From Octopus sinensis (taxonomy: Eukaryota): DNA of 64,000 nucleotides. The position numbers were made by a program, and so were the translations under genes. The stretch is from NCBI RefSeq assembly GCF_006345805.1, contig NC_043006.1, positions 34,348,001 through 34,412,000 on the forward strand. Direction: 5' to 3'. The notes under the pieces were generated by a model. The model was given only the letters and a program-made list of their open reading frames with translations, did not search any database and was not told the origin of the DNA. Positions 50,031 through 62,014 of the stretch are shown here, in pieces (position 1 is the stretch's first letter; each line of letters begins with the position of its first letter).

Positions 50031-51171
50031 AAAAAAAGAAAAGAAGAGAAGAAACAGGGGGTATGATTAGAGAGTGAGAGAGATTTGGCTGCTCTTTTTA
50101 GCAAGTCGAATGACCACATACAACAGGAGTTCCTAACGTGCTTTGTTCCATTCCAGTCAACGGTTTGAAACTCACTTTACCCTCAACTTGTTTTGTTCCT
50201 TAATTTAAGTCCACATTTATTTCTACACCGTAAAACACACAAACCGAGATTAAAAATTTTAAAATAGTATCTTTTAACATTATTCACTTCAAATAAGTGA
50301 CAATCGCACATAACACTGTTATTTAACTTATTTATGAACAGATGTCAGGAAGGAACACTAAAAAAATTGGCCGAGGAGCTTTGGTTTTCCATAAAATAAG
50401 ACCACATCAAAATCTCAGCAATAAAACGTTTTAACTGAAGAATGGAAATTCCTGACATAGCGGTGAGCTTAGTGGTGATCTTGTAACCATGGGTTGTGGA
50501 ACTGAAACTTGAAAACAGCACCAGCCTCACCATTCCTACGTTAGATAATAGAGCCAATGTTTTGTTATGGGGTGGAGAGAGCTTGTTCGGGAATCTCCCT
50601 CATCTACCACCCTAGCACGATTATTAGTTATCAGTGTTATTTCTGTCATTTGTCAGACACATCGCAAATACCCCCCCCCCATGCCAACAGAAGGCGAAGA
50701 AGTACAGGAGAAGAAAAAAGAAAAGAAGGCGAAGACGACGGCGAGTGCTGTCATCATCACCGCCGCCCCCATCATACAAACAACATCCACCTCTCATATT
50801 TCCCGTCTGAGTCACGACAATATAAACTACCAACGCAAACTTACCAATTCTAGTGACCAATCCTTCTTTATATAAGAGGATGTAGCCAAGTAAAATTATG
50901 TAAGAAATTTTTTTTTACTAACAACGATTATATTTTTTCTTAAATAAATATTATATTTTTTTTTCCAGTATATCTACCAAGCTAAAATATAAAAACAGTA
51001 GCGGGATTAAAAAAAAAAATCTTAATAGTTCCGAAATATTCTTAGCTCCTTGCATCTGGTTGAGATTTGCCAGTTTAAACTTTAGGACTTGAGGTACCGG
51101 CACCTCGAGTGGTCGCTTGGGGCATCACCTCATGTACTTGGCATCTTCCAAATACAGAAGGAAAAGATGTA

Positions 51172-51406
51172 TTGGGTTGGTGCATAATTTTTGCGGCTTT
51201 TTTTTTTCTACAAATTTTATTCAACAAAAAAAAATAACAATATTTAACAAAAAATCATTAAATGACGGTCTGCCAAGCAAATGGGAAGTAGATGGTGAAT
51301 ATGCTTCGGAATAAACATTTAAAGATATTTTTGTTACATGTTATGATAGTTTTTGTTAAATAAAATTTGTTGAAATTAAAGCCGCAATTATTATGCACCA
51401 ACCCAA
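51172..51406 (+). mobile_element. Internally deleted mariner (MITE)
   Basis: TA-TTGGGTTGGTGCATAAT ... ATTATGCACCAACCCAA-TA. Internal DGLPSKWEVDGEYASE* resembles a mariner transposase C-terminus. Confidence 0.85.
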
Positions 51407-52250
51407 TAAAAATAATGAAGTGAAATAAAAAGAAAGTCCCTTCACGGGATTGTTGCGTAGGCGATATAAACGGATGCGATCTCTCGTCTAATCTGGATAT
51501 AGCAAAATAAGTATTTCCAGGAAACGTAATGCTTACGATAGAAAGCCGTCAAGAGCCATCAGTCATACGTTATAGGATGTCGCACTACATCAATGATCTT
51601 CATTTAGAAACAATACTTTCGATACCTTATATGATCGCGAAAGAGTAAAGATTATTACGTAAGCTAAAGTTTATAGAAATCATATCTATGCTCGTTTATG
51701 ACGTAAAGTATTAAATTCTTTGGCAATTTTGTCAATAGAAAATTATATTGTATGAATAAAGGTATGAAAACATTTAAAGTCGAGTAAAATGTTTTAGGAT
51801 AGTGTTATGTTATTTAGCATCTATTCTTTGATTCTTTGGTTAACATTCTTTAATTTATTATTTTAAAAAATCGTTCTCCAGATCAACAGCGAACCATTCG
51901 GACCTTCTCTGACCAACCTATCCTCCACTCAACGTTAATTTGTTGTAAAAACGCACTAAAATCATTGCCTGTCGGTATGGTCTCTCTCTTTGCCTTAGTA
52001 TTTTTCGGGGAGGGTCATATTTTGGCACAAGGTCAGCCTTCCATAGTTATATTAAGGAATTTTAAATGTTTATGCTGTATTTGAACTGTTGACTTTAGAT
52101 TACATATCGTAATAAACACTATTCCAACAGCTGCACTTCATCCACCTTGTGAAATTTTTTTAAAGGTTACACTTAAGGATGGCCAAGTTCTTGAGCTTAT
52201 CGAGAGCGCGGGCTCTGAACTGCTCTTTCTTTTTAAACACGGAAGACATA

Positions 52251-52457
52251 CCTACACAAGTGTGCCCACCCTGTTACAACTTCGTTTCCTCATAACTTTT
52301 AGAAAAATAGGTATTTTTTAATAAAATTTTCTTACAAATACCTTTCAGCTGCCGTAGATTACAATTCTATAAATATCAATTAAAGGAATTTGAAGAAAAT
52401 TTCATTAAAAGCTATGAGGAAACAAAAGTCGCAGGGGTGGGGGAATACTTGTGTAGG
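52251..52457. mobile_element. TA-flanked MITE (Tc1/mariner-like)
   Basis: Imperfect ~55-bp TIRs CCTACACAAGT...GTTTCCTCATAACTTTTA / TAAAAGCTATGAGGAAAC...ACTTGTGTAGG, with TA on both sides. Confidence 0.75.
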
Positions 52458-53732
52458 TATACCAAATAAGTTGTCGTTTTAAAACAGCAAGGATACAGTG
52501 GATATAAGTTCTTGCTAAAAAAAAAAAGACAAAAAGAAAGACTATCCACAGCTTTAATTTCTTTTATAATCAGGGCGGATCTGGCGCTAAACAGCATCAA
52601 CACACAATTGATTCTATTTCATTGCACTTGAAAAGTGCAAGTACCGACGGAGAGTAGACAGACCATTATCTCTACACTGCAGGTCGGACACTATCAATAG
52701 TTATCTCTAGACATTGTAAAGATACCACGGTACACGATAACATTATGTACTCGTACAATTACACGGAATAAAACAAACCTTGAAACTTGAAAATCGCCAA
52801 TTGCTTTAAAAAGATTCTAAAATAGCTTATCAGAAAATATTACAGGTCTTCAGAAAACAGAACGTTCACACACACACTGCAATCGAATGTTTGAACTCTG
52901 ATCAACAGCAGATGTATTACGTATAACTTATGAAATATGCACGTTAAACCTAACTATCGTTCTTATCTTCAAATCTATTCACTCGTGGAGGTGGTGGCGG
53001 TTGCTAATGTTGTCGTGGTTCCTGTTTCCGTTCCGTGCTCTACAACACACCTGTATATCTATCCTATGGCAGTTCCAATAATATAACATTTTCTAAGGAA
53101 AGGTTTCTGGGTCTCGCCCAACCCTTCTCTATGTCTGGTGAGAGAGAGAGAGAGATTTCACTTCTTTACGACCCCGAATGGATGAAAGGCAATTAGCATC
53201 GGAGGGATTTGAATTCAGGAAACTGAAACAAATCCTGCGAGTCATCCTCCGTCAATTTGCCAATTCTGATTCCTGAATAACCAAAAATAAACAACGCTCG
53301 TGTCAACCCACCTTCGTCCTCTGCATGTTTTCTGTATTACCAGTGAGGCACAGAACATACTTCTCAGGCGACCATGCAGAATACATGACACTCATTGCCA
53401 ATTTCTTTTTCCAGCCACCAGATTAACCCGCTACTCAACGTGGTCGTGTAGGAGAAACTTTTGAAAATGCTTCAGACAAGTTGAGGGTTAAAAAAATATG
53501 ATGTAAATATTCTTTTGTTGATGTTTACCTCTACACATGAGCATAACAGTTCCCTGAATTATCCTCTTATTGTACAGGAACCTAACTAAACCTCACAAAG
53601 AATTTAATTTGATGCTATGCCCCACCCATTCCTTTACTTTCAGTTTCCATTTCAATCAAGAAACCTTTGTATAGTTTAATTCGAAGTAAACATCATTCTC
53701 ATGAAATAACCCCGCCTCACCATGGTCTGGGA

Positions 53733-53887
53733 CAGTGCTTCGCAACCTTTTTTTTTCACTTGCGGTGTTCACTTATATTCTTTTCAAAATTCGGCAGCAC
53801 ACCTGAACGAAAAATATAGCTAAAAGTATAGGGGAAAAAATTATATTCAAGTTACACTGTGACACACCAGTGTGCTGTGGAGCACTG
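53733..53887. mobile_element. Short hAT-like MITE
   Basis: CAGTGCTTC ... GGAGCACTG termini, with flanks GTCTGGGA / GTCTAGTA. Confidence 0.6.
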
Positions 53888-54727
53888 GTCTAGTACCACC
53901 TCCACCACAATCTCTCAAAATCTAGTTACAGATTGAACAAACATCTATAAGAGTCATGGGCAAACTGCGGAACTCTCTGGATGGTATACCGAACGAAAAA
54001 TTACCTTGAACTTTTTTTTTTTTAGTAGTACGGCCCTCCAAGATGATGAGCCATGCTTCACGCGACCCGCTTAAAAAAAAGGGCGTTGCCTATGCTTTTG
54101 ATTTATGTAGTCGCTCGATCTGCAAGAAACAGCAGTCAAATTTCCACCGGATTTCACTGGATGAATATATTCGACAATGTACTCAATGTTACTCTCTGCC
54201 GAACTAAAAAATTAAATGAGACACAAGGGAGATTGCCAATGATAAAATGCTTTGATCTGTTGAGAGATAATCTGAGGATTAAAACACCTCACCTTAAAAA
54301 GGATATGGACATAGTCCCATCCTATGAGGACTAAGTAGAATGGAGTGTGAAGTGCGATACTTGGACCACTTCAACTATTTACACACAAAAAAGAGAGAAT
54401 CTCTAAGCAGTCGCTCAACCTGCTAGAAATAACACCCAAAACTCACTCAAATTACACATGAGAAGAAAGAATATATTGGACGATATTGTGGTCTTGTGTC
54501 CAAAAGACCACGCAATAGAATCGAAAGTGGCTGGGCCATAATGGTTGCAAAGTCCCTTTCTCAAATATTCGGTTAGACCTGTGTTTATCAAACAAGTCTC
54601 CCCCGCTCTGTCTCCCTTTCACACACAAGTCAATCTACGTACTGGTGTACAAACGGGACAAAGCTTTGAACGAATTTACTGTGCAAGTTTTTAATGAATT
54701 ACAAATCACTCGATTCATATACCTCGG

Positions 54728-54885
54728 TCTTCGAAAAACTCTGATCGCGAATAAATCGGGCTTTATATAAGGCACAATTTATTCATGATGAGAGGCGTTC
54801 GTAAACCGAGTACTTCTGTATTAAATGAATATGAGAAAGACGGGAGATAAAGTACGATTTATTCGTGATCAAAGTTGTTCGAAAA
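54728..54885. repeat. Small element with 31-bp imperfect inverted ends
   Basis: TCTTCGAAAAACTCTGATCGCGAATAAATCG versus CGATTTATTCGTGATCAAAGTTGTTCGAAAA (4 mismatches). No clear TSD. Confidence 0.55.
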
Positions 54886-55584
54886 TCGAAGTTCTACTGT
54901 ATATTTAATGGTGGTTTCAAAGTTTCGCACAAGACCAACAATTTTTAGCGAGTGGACGGGTTAGTTAATAACATCGATCTCATAATGATGATAGACTAAG
55001 CTGACCTCGGCGGAACCCGAACTCAGATCGTATAAACGGACAAAGGGCGTTTTGTCCAGCGTGCTAATGTTTCTGCCAGCTCGTCGCCTTATTCATACAT
55101 TTAAGATTAAATATAGTTTCGAGGTGACAGGCTCAAGCCGTCGTCTAATTTAACATCACTACAGCTTAGCCGTTGGGTGCTTTTAACGAAGTCCACTCTG
55201 CTGCATGAAATACGAGGCCAGACCGCTGGTTTGCAGATCAGTTCCACCAATTTCGAATAACTCGAAAGTGGGGGTGTCATAGGTGCTGCTTTACTCTGAC
55301 TGAGGCATTAAAAACAAGAACTGCCTACCACGGTACGTCTTTGATCTATCTTTTATCTCTTACCGGTTTCAGTCATTCGACTGCGTCTATGCTGGAGCAT
55401 CACCTGGAAGGGTTTTAGTCGAACAAGGCTTTTTTTTTGTTTTTAAGCCTGGTACATATTCTATCGGTCTCTTTTGCCGAACCGCTATATTCCAGGGATG
55501 CAAACACCAACACCGGTTGTCAAGAGATGGTGACACTCACATACACACACAGAGATACACACGACAGGCTTCTTTCTGTTTTCA

Positions 55585-56045
55585 TCTACCAAATACACCC
55601 ACAAGGCTTTGGTCGGCTCAAGGCTATAGAAGACACTTGCCCAAGGTGCCACAACACAGATGCGCCAACGAGGAAGCCTCTACGTGGTCACACAATCTGC
55701 TAAAGATAGCAAATCATTTCCATCAAACCATGATATTATCATCTTTAAAAAAAAAGTGGTGGATAATCTAATCCTTGACATATTGTCAGAAAATAAAACA
55801 GGATGGTCAGAACTGGAATAGGTCTTCTTGATCAGAGCTGATATGCTCAATGACATTGTGGGTGAATGAAAATATCACATTTTACTCTGAAGAAACAATC
55901 AGACAATAATAATAAAAATAAACCCTTGTGGTGTTGCCTTGATGGTTTGTTATTACTTCTGACTGATTTTCGTTTGTGTTGAGTTCCAAACAAAGAGAGA
56001 GAGAGAAAACCGTCAAAACTAGAGAGAATTGTACAAGGATAGAAT
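55585..56045 (+). repeat. Local ~480-bp duplication, copy 2
   Basis: Colinear with 44271-44755. Confidence 0.9.
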
Positions 56046-56681
56046 TTATTAAAATGATTCAAATGAGAATCGAAATTACATCCCAACGGTTTTCTAGGAG
56101 TCTACAGCCATGCTACACAACAAGGGGTCTCAAGCCAGAGGGGAGCATCTACGCAGTTATTTCCTCAAACTATACCCTACTGTCTAAGAAATGAAAGAAG
56201 CATGAGATAAATACTATATTAGATACTTACAAGCCAGCTATATGTATGTCTTGGTTGCAACTAGTGCGCTTTTTACCAAAGATGTTTTATCAGAGCTGAC
56301 CTTCAATACACACACACACACACGGACACTCCCTCTCTTTTTCGCATATCTACCAATATATTTAGCAGTCTGTCTCTATCTCTTTGTCCGTTCCCAATTG
56401 AACCAAAAATTTCACTGCCTCGGCACCTGAATACCGAGAAGTGTGCGTAACGGGCAGCACTCAGAAGAAGCTGGAAGAAATGCTTAGCAGAATTTCTTCC
56501 GGCTTTGCGTTCTGAGTTCAAATTCTGCCGAGATCGATTTTGTCCTTTATCTTTCGGGGTTGATAAAGTGAGTAGAAGTTGAGCACTGAATTCAGTGTCC
56601 TCGATTAACACAACTCGTAACAAAATTTCAAACGTCTATAGCAGAAAGGATGATGATGATGATGATCGTGATCATCATCAT

Positions 56682-57648
56682 GGCGGCGAGCTGGCAGAAA
56701 CGTTAGCACGCCGGGCGAAATGCTGAGCGGTATTTCGTCTGCCGTTACGTTCGGAGTTCAAATTCCGCCGAGGTCGACTTTGCCTTTCATCCTTTCGGGG
56801 TCGATTAAACAATTACCAGTTACGCACTGGGGTCGATATAATCGACTTAATCCATTTGTCTGTCCTTGTTTGTCCTCTCTGTGTTTAGCCCCTTGTGGGT
56901 AGTAAAGAAATAGAAATAGGTATTTCGATTGCCGCTACGTTCTAAGTTCAAATTCCTTCGAGGTCGGTAAGTACCAGTGAAACACTGGTGTCGATGTAAT
57001 CGACTAGTCCCCTCCCCACAAATTTCAGGCCTTGTGCCTCCAGTAGAACAGACAATAATTATGATGAATACATCTTTAGTCCAATCCTGTTGAGGTCAAC
57101 TTTGCCTTTTTTCTTTCGTGGTCGATAAAATAAAGTACCAATCAATTACTGATCAATGTTATCGATTAACACTCTTTCGCCAAAATTGTTGGCCTTGTAC
57201 CAAAATTCGAAAGAGATATTATTTTCATCATTATCATTGTTGTTATTATTATTATTAAGGCGGCGAGCTGGCAGAGTCGTTAGCACGCCGAGCGAAACGC
57301 TTAACGTTATTTCGTCTGCTGTTACGTTCTGAGTTCAAATTCCGCCGAGGTCGATTTTGCCTTTCATCCTTTCGGAGTCGATTAAATAAGTACCAGTTGC
57401 GCATTGGGGTCGATATAATCGGCTTAATACGTTTGTCTGTCCTTGTTTGTCCCCTCTGTATTTCGCCCCTTGTGGGTAGTAAAGAAATAGGTATTTCGCC
57501 TGCCGCTACGTTCTGAGTTCAAATTCCGCCGAGGTCGACTTTGTCCTTCACCCTTTCGGTATCGATAAAATAAGTCCCAGTAGAGTACTGAGGTCGATGT
57601 AATCGACTTTAACCCCTTCCCTTAAATTGTTGGCCTTGTGCCAAAATT
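56682..57648 (+). mobile_element. Cluster of young dimeric family B SINEs
   Basis: Copies at 56682-57050 and 57259-57648 start GGCGGCGAGCTGGCAG and retain most CpGs. Confidence 0.85.
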
Positions 57649-59835
57649 ATTATTATTAAATGAGAAACGCACTGTATTCAATGTATCCTTTTGTATAAGT
57701 TGCCGCAAATGTAAATTTGAATATCATCGTGGGTTTTCTACGGATGCGCATACATAAACACAAATAGGTTTCACGTGCAAATATTATTAGTCTTTGTAAC
57801 AACCCCACCTTCACACACACATTTTCCGCGCGCAAAATATGGTCATCGGAATATTGATATTAAAATAAATATTAATATTCTTACTTCCAAGAGTATTTTT
57901 GCGTGTATATTTTTTTGTGTTAGTTATATAAACTGCTTTCGCGTATTGAGCACTCAGTATCATCAAAACAGACTTACGATTAAACAACATACAGTGTACA
58001 CACACACACACACACACACATATATACATATGTACATGTAAATACACAAATATTCACAAAAATTACAAATATATACCACATGTACATAAATACTCATATA
58101 TTCACATGTATACATATTTATATATTTACTTTAGTTTACAAACAAGAGAAAAATGAACTCAATAACAAAAGTAGAGTATAACGATAGATAGATAATTACA
58201 CAATTCATTCTGGCAATAAAGACTTCTAGGCGAAACCTAATATGAAGGTAAACATTGCAAGCTGCAAACACACACACACACACGCGCGCAAAATGTCCCT
58301 CACGTGATAGCTTTCTTGCGTTTACGATATGAAATAAAGCACAAGACGCAGTCGTTCAACTTCCTAGAAATAGCAGCCAAATTCCCATTATCTTAAGAAA
58401 AGAAGACCATCTTTAAGAAGATATTGGGATAACGGGGGCCCTAAATGCACTATCTTAACAAAAAAGGAAAACTGAGTGGTCACGGTTGGAACAACTTCGA
58501 TCATACAGCCTCTTCGATCAAGGCCGATATAAAAGCGAAAAATCAATAAAGCACGAGATTGATATTCAATCACGTACGTTTAAACATGCGTATTTAACCA
58601 CACACACACACATACAGGCACACTCACGCAAATGCATTCACAGCCAGTCCTACAGACGCGTAGCTCGCATAACAAACACGTTATGGAGATTGAGATCTTT
58701 CATCGAAGATGTTGAGGCACTTAAAATATCGAGTAAACATTACACACACACACACACACACACACACGCACTGAAAGAGACGTGATGCATACATAGATCA
58801 GAATTCACAGGCACAACAGATATATACACACACACACACACGTACAATAGACGAAGACACCTTCATTCTGAGACGACGACGCTGCACTTAAAATATCAAA
58901 TAAACGTTATGCAGACAAATGCGTGTCCGTCTTCACGCATCTAAACAGAAATTTACACACATACGCACACGCAGATATATAAATGCACATCCTTAGAAAC
59001 ATACACACACAAATTCATGAAAGCTACAAAGTACGTTGTACGAAGTAAACATATTACAAATCGCTATGTGAGACTTAAGTAGGAAAAACCATTATATATA
59101 TATACGAACACGAAATACACACACACACACAAAATGCATCTGTACAAATGAACATACACACAGACCGTAAGTGCACCATGTATGCATGTGTGTATATAAA
59201 AATAAACACTCAAATGAGTTGAAATATTTACATTTTTGTAGATATTCCATACTTTAAATACAGACACACAGATCCGATCGCATTCTAAGTCACAGTAAAT
59301 ACGTACAAAATTTATTTAAATACGGAAGATTCGGCCACCAAAGTTAATATCGCCACTTAAAAATCAGATATTTATCACATTGAGTGTGTATGTGTGTAAC
59401 ATTATACTGTTCATAAAAATATCAATAAACATAGAAGCGTCAGAGAAGACACATTTGACAGGAATTTTACATTCCTTAGCAATACGCATGCATACAGGTA
59501 GCAAAATGCATGCGTGTGTGTGTGTAAATATTTTCCCCATATATATATATATATATTTATGTACGTGTATATACAAACGATTACATTTGAAGAATGTGTG
59601 TTTACATTTAAATAATAAACGCATATTTTAAGCAAGGAATAAGGCGGATAAAAAAACAAGAGAAAGTCGAGAAATGCAGAAAAACTAAGAATGAATGAAA
59701 AGAAGAAAGAGAGAGAAGTAAGAAGGAAAAAAGAAAGATTCTATAAGTCTTGAAGTGAAAATATCCACGTGCTGGGCCAAGTTATTTACTCAAAAGAAAG
59801 TAGTAAAAGTCTATTTTAAGTTCTTCTTTACTCAC

Positions 59836-59874
59836 CCGTGCCCGCGATCTGGAGCTATGCCTTCGACTCGACAT
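59836..59874 (-). CDS. Candidate first coding exon of the host gene (MSSRRHSSRSRAR, phase 0)
   Basis: GGAAACATGTCG start with A at -3, 13 codons, then the strong donor CGG|GTGAGT. It sits in unique, CpG-rich sequence. Protein family not recognised. Confidence 0.45.
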
Positions 59875-60600
59875 GTTTCCAGAATGGTGGCTATAGCAGA
59901 GCTTTAAATGTAAGCTTATAGCATTTGCATCCACCGCAAAGAGAGGGAGAAAAAAAAATAATGGTACAAGAGCCAAAGTCAAAGTAATGCCAGGAACGAA
60001 CGGGAAAAGGAAAATGATTGATACCGATAGAAAGATATATTTATATAGAGATACAATGATAGATAGATATGTTTGATTTTTTTCTGTTTAAAAAATACGA
60101 GGTTTAAATGAGAGAAAACGAATCAGAGTGATGTAGACAGGCATATACGCAGAGAGCGAGAGAGAGAGAGAAATAGAGCGAAGGAGGAGGAGGAGGACAG
60201 AGGAAAAAGTGTGTAAAGGGTGTGGTATGAGTAGAATGTTTGATTGTAACGTAGAGCAAGAACAGCAGAAATGGTTCGCTCATGAGGAGTGAGTTCGCCA
60301 CTCCATTCATCTCTCAAGAGAACTAAACTCTACAGCAGCTTCTCTTTAGATTCGAATTAACTTTTCTCTTCCTCCTCCTCCTTATATACATATATATATC
60401 TATATGTCTCCTCCTCCCCCGCTCGGCCTCATCTCCTTCCCTTTAATATTCCTTTCTCGTCAGCGTTTACACAACCATGCTTTTGCCCACCCCCTATCTT
60501 CTTCCCTTCCTTATTAACCTAATGCTTCTCGCTGCTGCACTCTATCTCTCACTCTCACTCATTGTTAAATTTCAATTACTTTCCATTCATTTCTCTCGGC
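59875..60600 (-). promoter_or_regulatory. Putative 5' UTR/promoter region of the minus-strand gene
   Basis: Unique SINE-free stretch with GA/CT tracts and retained CpGs directly upstream of the candidate first exon. No TSS can be assigned from sequence. Confidence 0.3.
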
Positions 60601-61159
60601 GACTCTTTTTCTTTCTGTTTTTTTTTCTCTAAATAGTTCGTACGCCTAGATATTCAGTCAGTCAGTCTCTCTCTCTCAGACACCCCTAATTATTCCCTTA
60701 TCTTCAACACATACGCAAAATAAGGCACTGTTGTGTGGTTAAGAAGTTTGTTTTTGCAACCACGTGGTTTCAGGTTCATTCCCGTTGCGTGGCACCTGGG
60801 GCATGTGTCTTCTATTGCTTTCGATCGACCAATACTTTGTGAGTGGAATATGGTAAACGGAAACTACATGGAAGCCTGTGATGTGTATGCGCGCGCGCAA
60901 GTATCTTTGACGATGTACGCTTGTTTATGGTTGTAACTTAGCGGTTCGACAAATAATAAACATAAATCCAAAAGAAGAAGCACATTCTAAGATGTAGAGC
61001 AGTATGTATTAAAAATGTGGAAGGCCGGTTTATGTGGATTCCCTGCTCAATTTTTTAAGAGGTCTTTTGGGATCTGACGATATGCCAATAAGCGAAATCC
61101 CTTTATGGACGGGAAACCTAAGGTAATCCCATCAAACGGCCTTCCAAATTTTTCATACA

Positions 61160-61515
61160 TACTCTTTTACTTGTTTCAGTCATTTGACTGTGGTCATGCT
61201 GGAGCACAGCCTTTAGTCGAGCAAATCGACCCCAGGACTTATTCTTTGTAAGCCTAGTACTTATTCTATCGGTCTCTTTTGCCGAACCGCTAAGTTACGG
61301 GGACGTAAACACACCAGCATCAGTTGTCAAGCGATGTTGGGGGAGGGGGACAAACACAGACACACACACACATATATATATACGACGGGCTTCTTTCAGT
61401 TTCCGTCTACCAAATCCACTCACAAGGCTTGCCGAAGGTGCCATGCAGTGTGACTGAACCCAGGACCATGTGATTGGTAAGCAAGCTACGTACCACACAG
61501 CCACTCCTGTGCCTA
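61160..61515 (-). mobile_element. Family A SINE
   Basis: CpG-retaining copy (ATCGGTCTCTTTTGCCGAACCGCTAAGTTACGGGGACG). Confidence 0.85.
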
Positions 61516-61530
61516 TAGGGGTCAGGGGGC

Positions 61531-61599
<69 letters not shown>

Positions 61600-61665
61600 A
61601 AAAAACGTGTAGTTCGCCATGATAGATAGCTAGCCACTATACATTCTTTATTTTCTCTCTTTGTT

Positions 61666-61703
61666 TCTTTCTGTGGAAGAGCGTAGGCTCGAAACGTTAA
61701 AGA
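61666..61703 (+). ncRNA. Minimal hammerhead-like fold with a mutated core
   Basis: TCTTT-CTGTGGA-A-GAGC(GTAG)GCTC-GAAAC-GTT-AAAGA. Helices I and II are perfect, but the CTGANGA box reads CTGTGGA. Confidence 0.5.
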
Positions 61704-61986
61704 CTTTTCCCCTTCCCGAGCGTTTGTTGTCTACACCACCTATCACGACGGGTTTCTTTCAATTTCCGTCTCCGAAATCCACTCACAAGGCTTTGGTTAA
61801 CCCGAGGCTATAGCAAGAGACTCTTGTCCAAGATGTCACGCAGTGGGACTGAGCCCAGAACCATGTGGTTGGGAAGCAAAATACTTCCCAGTCACACCTC
61901 GAAAACAAGAAAGAAAACGCAAGAGGGATAAATTTTAATAAGGGTGCTATTAACTTAACGCACGAAAGTAAATGGAAAAGGTAATT

Positions 61987-62014
61987 AACGTTTCGGACGT
62001 TCGTCCTTCATCAG
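61987..62014 (-). ncRNA. Hammerhead catalytic core motif
   Basis: Minus strand CTGATGA-A-GGAC(GAAC)GTCC-GAAAC-GTT. Core and helix II are intact, with no convincing helix I in cis. Confidence 0.5.

Noticed and set aside
50567-50875. Plus-strand 102-aa ORF with a Lys/Glu patch
   Set aside because: No recognisable domain or splice support. The composition is explained by purine tracts.
52620-52640. CATTGCACTTG, similar to the miR-25/92 5' end, in a small hairpin
   Set aside because: The stem is only 8 bp and the 3' half does not match, far too short for a pre-miRNA.
59782-59982. Signal-peptide-like extension MTLALVPLFFFLPLFA upstream of MSSRR
   Set aside because: It starts at TTG rather than ATG, and the hydrophobicity comes from a pyrimidine tract typical of a UTR.
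60065-60077. AGATATGTTTGAT, matching the first 13 nt of miR-190 as I recall it
   Set aside because: The rest of the mature sequence does not match and I see no hairpin partner.
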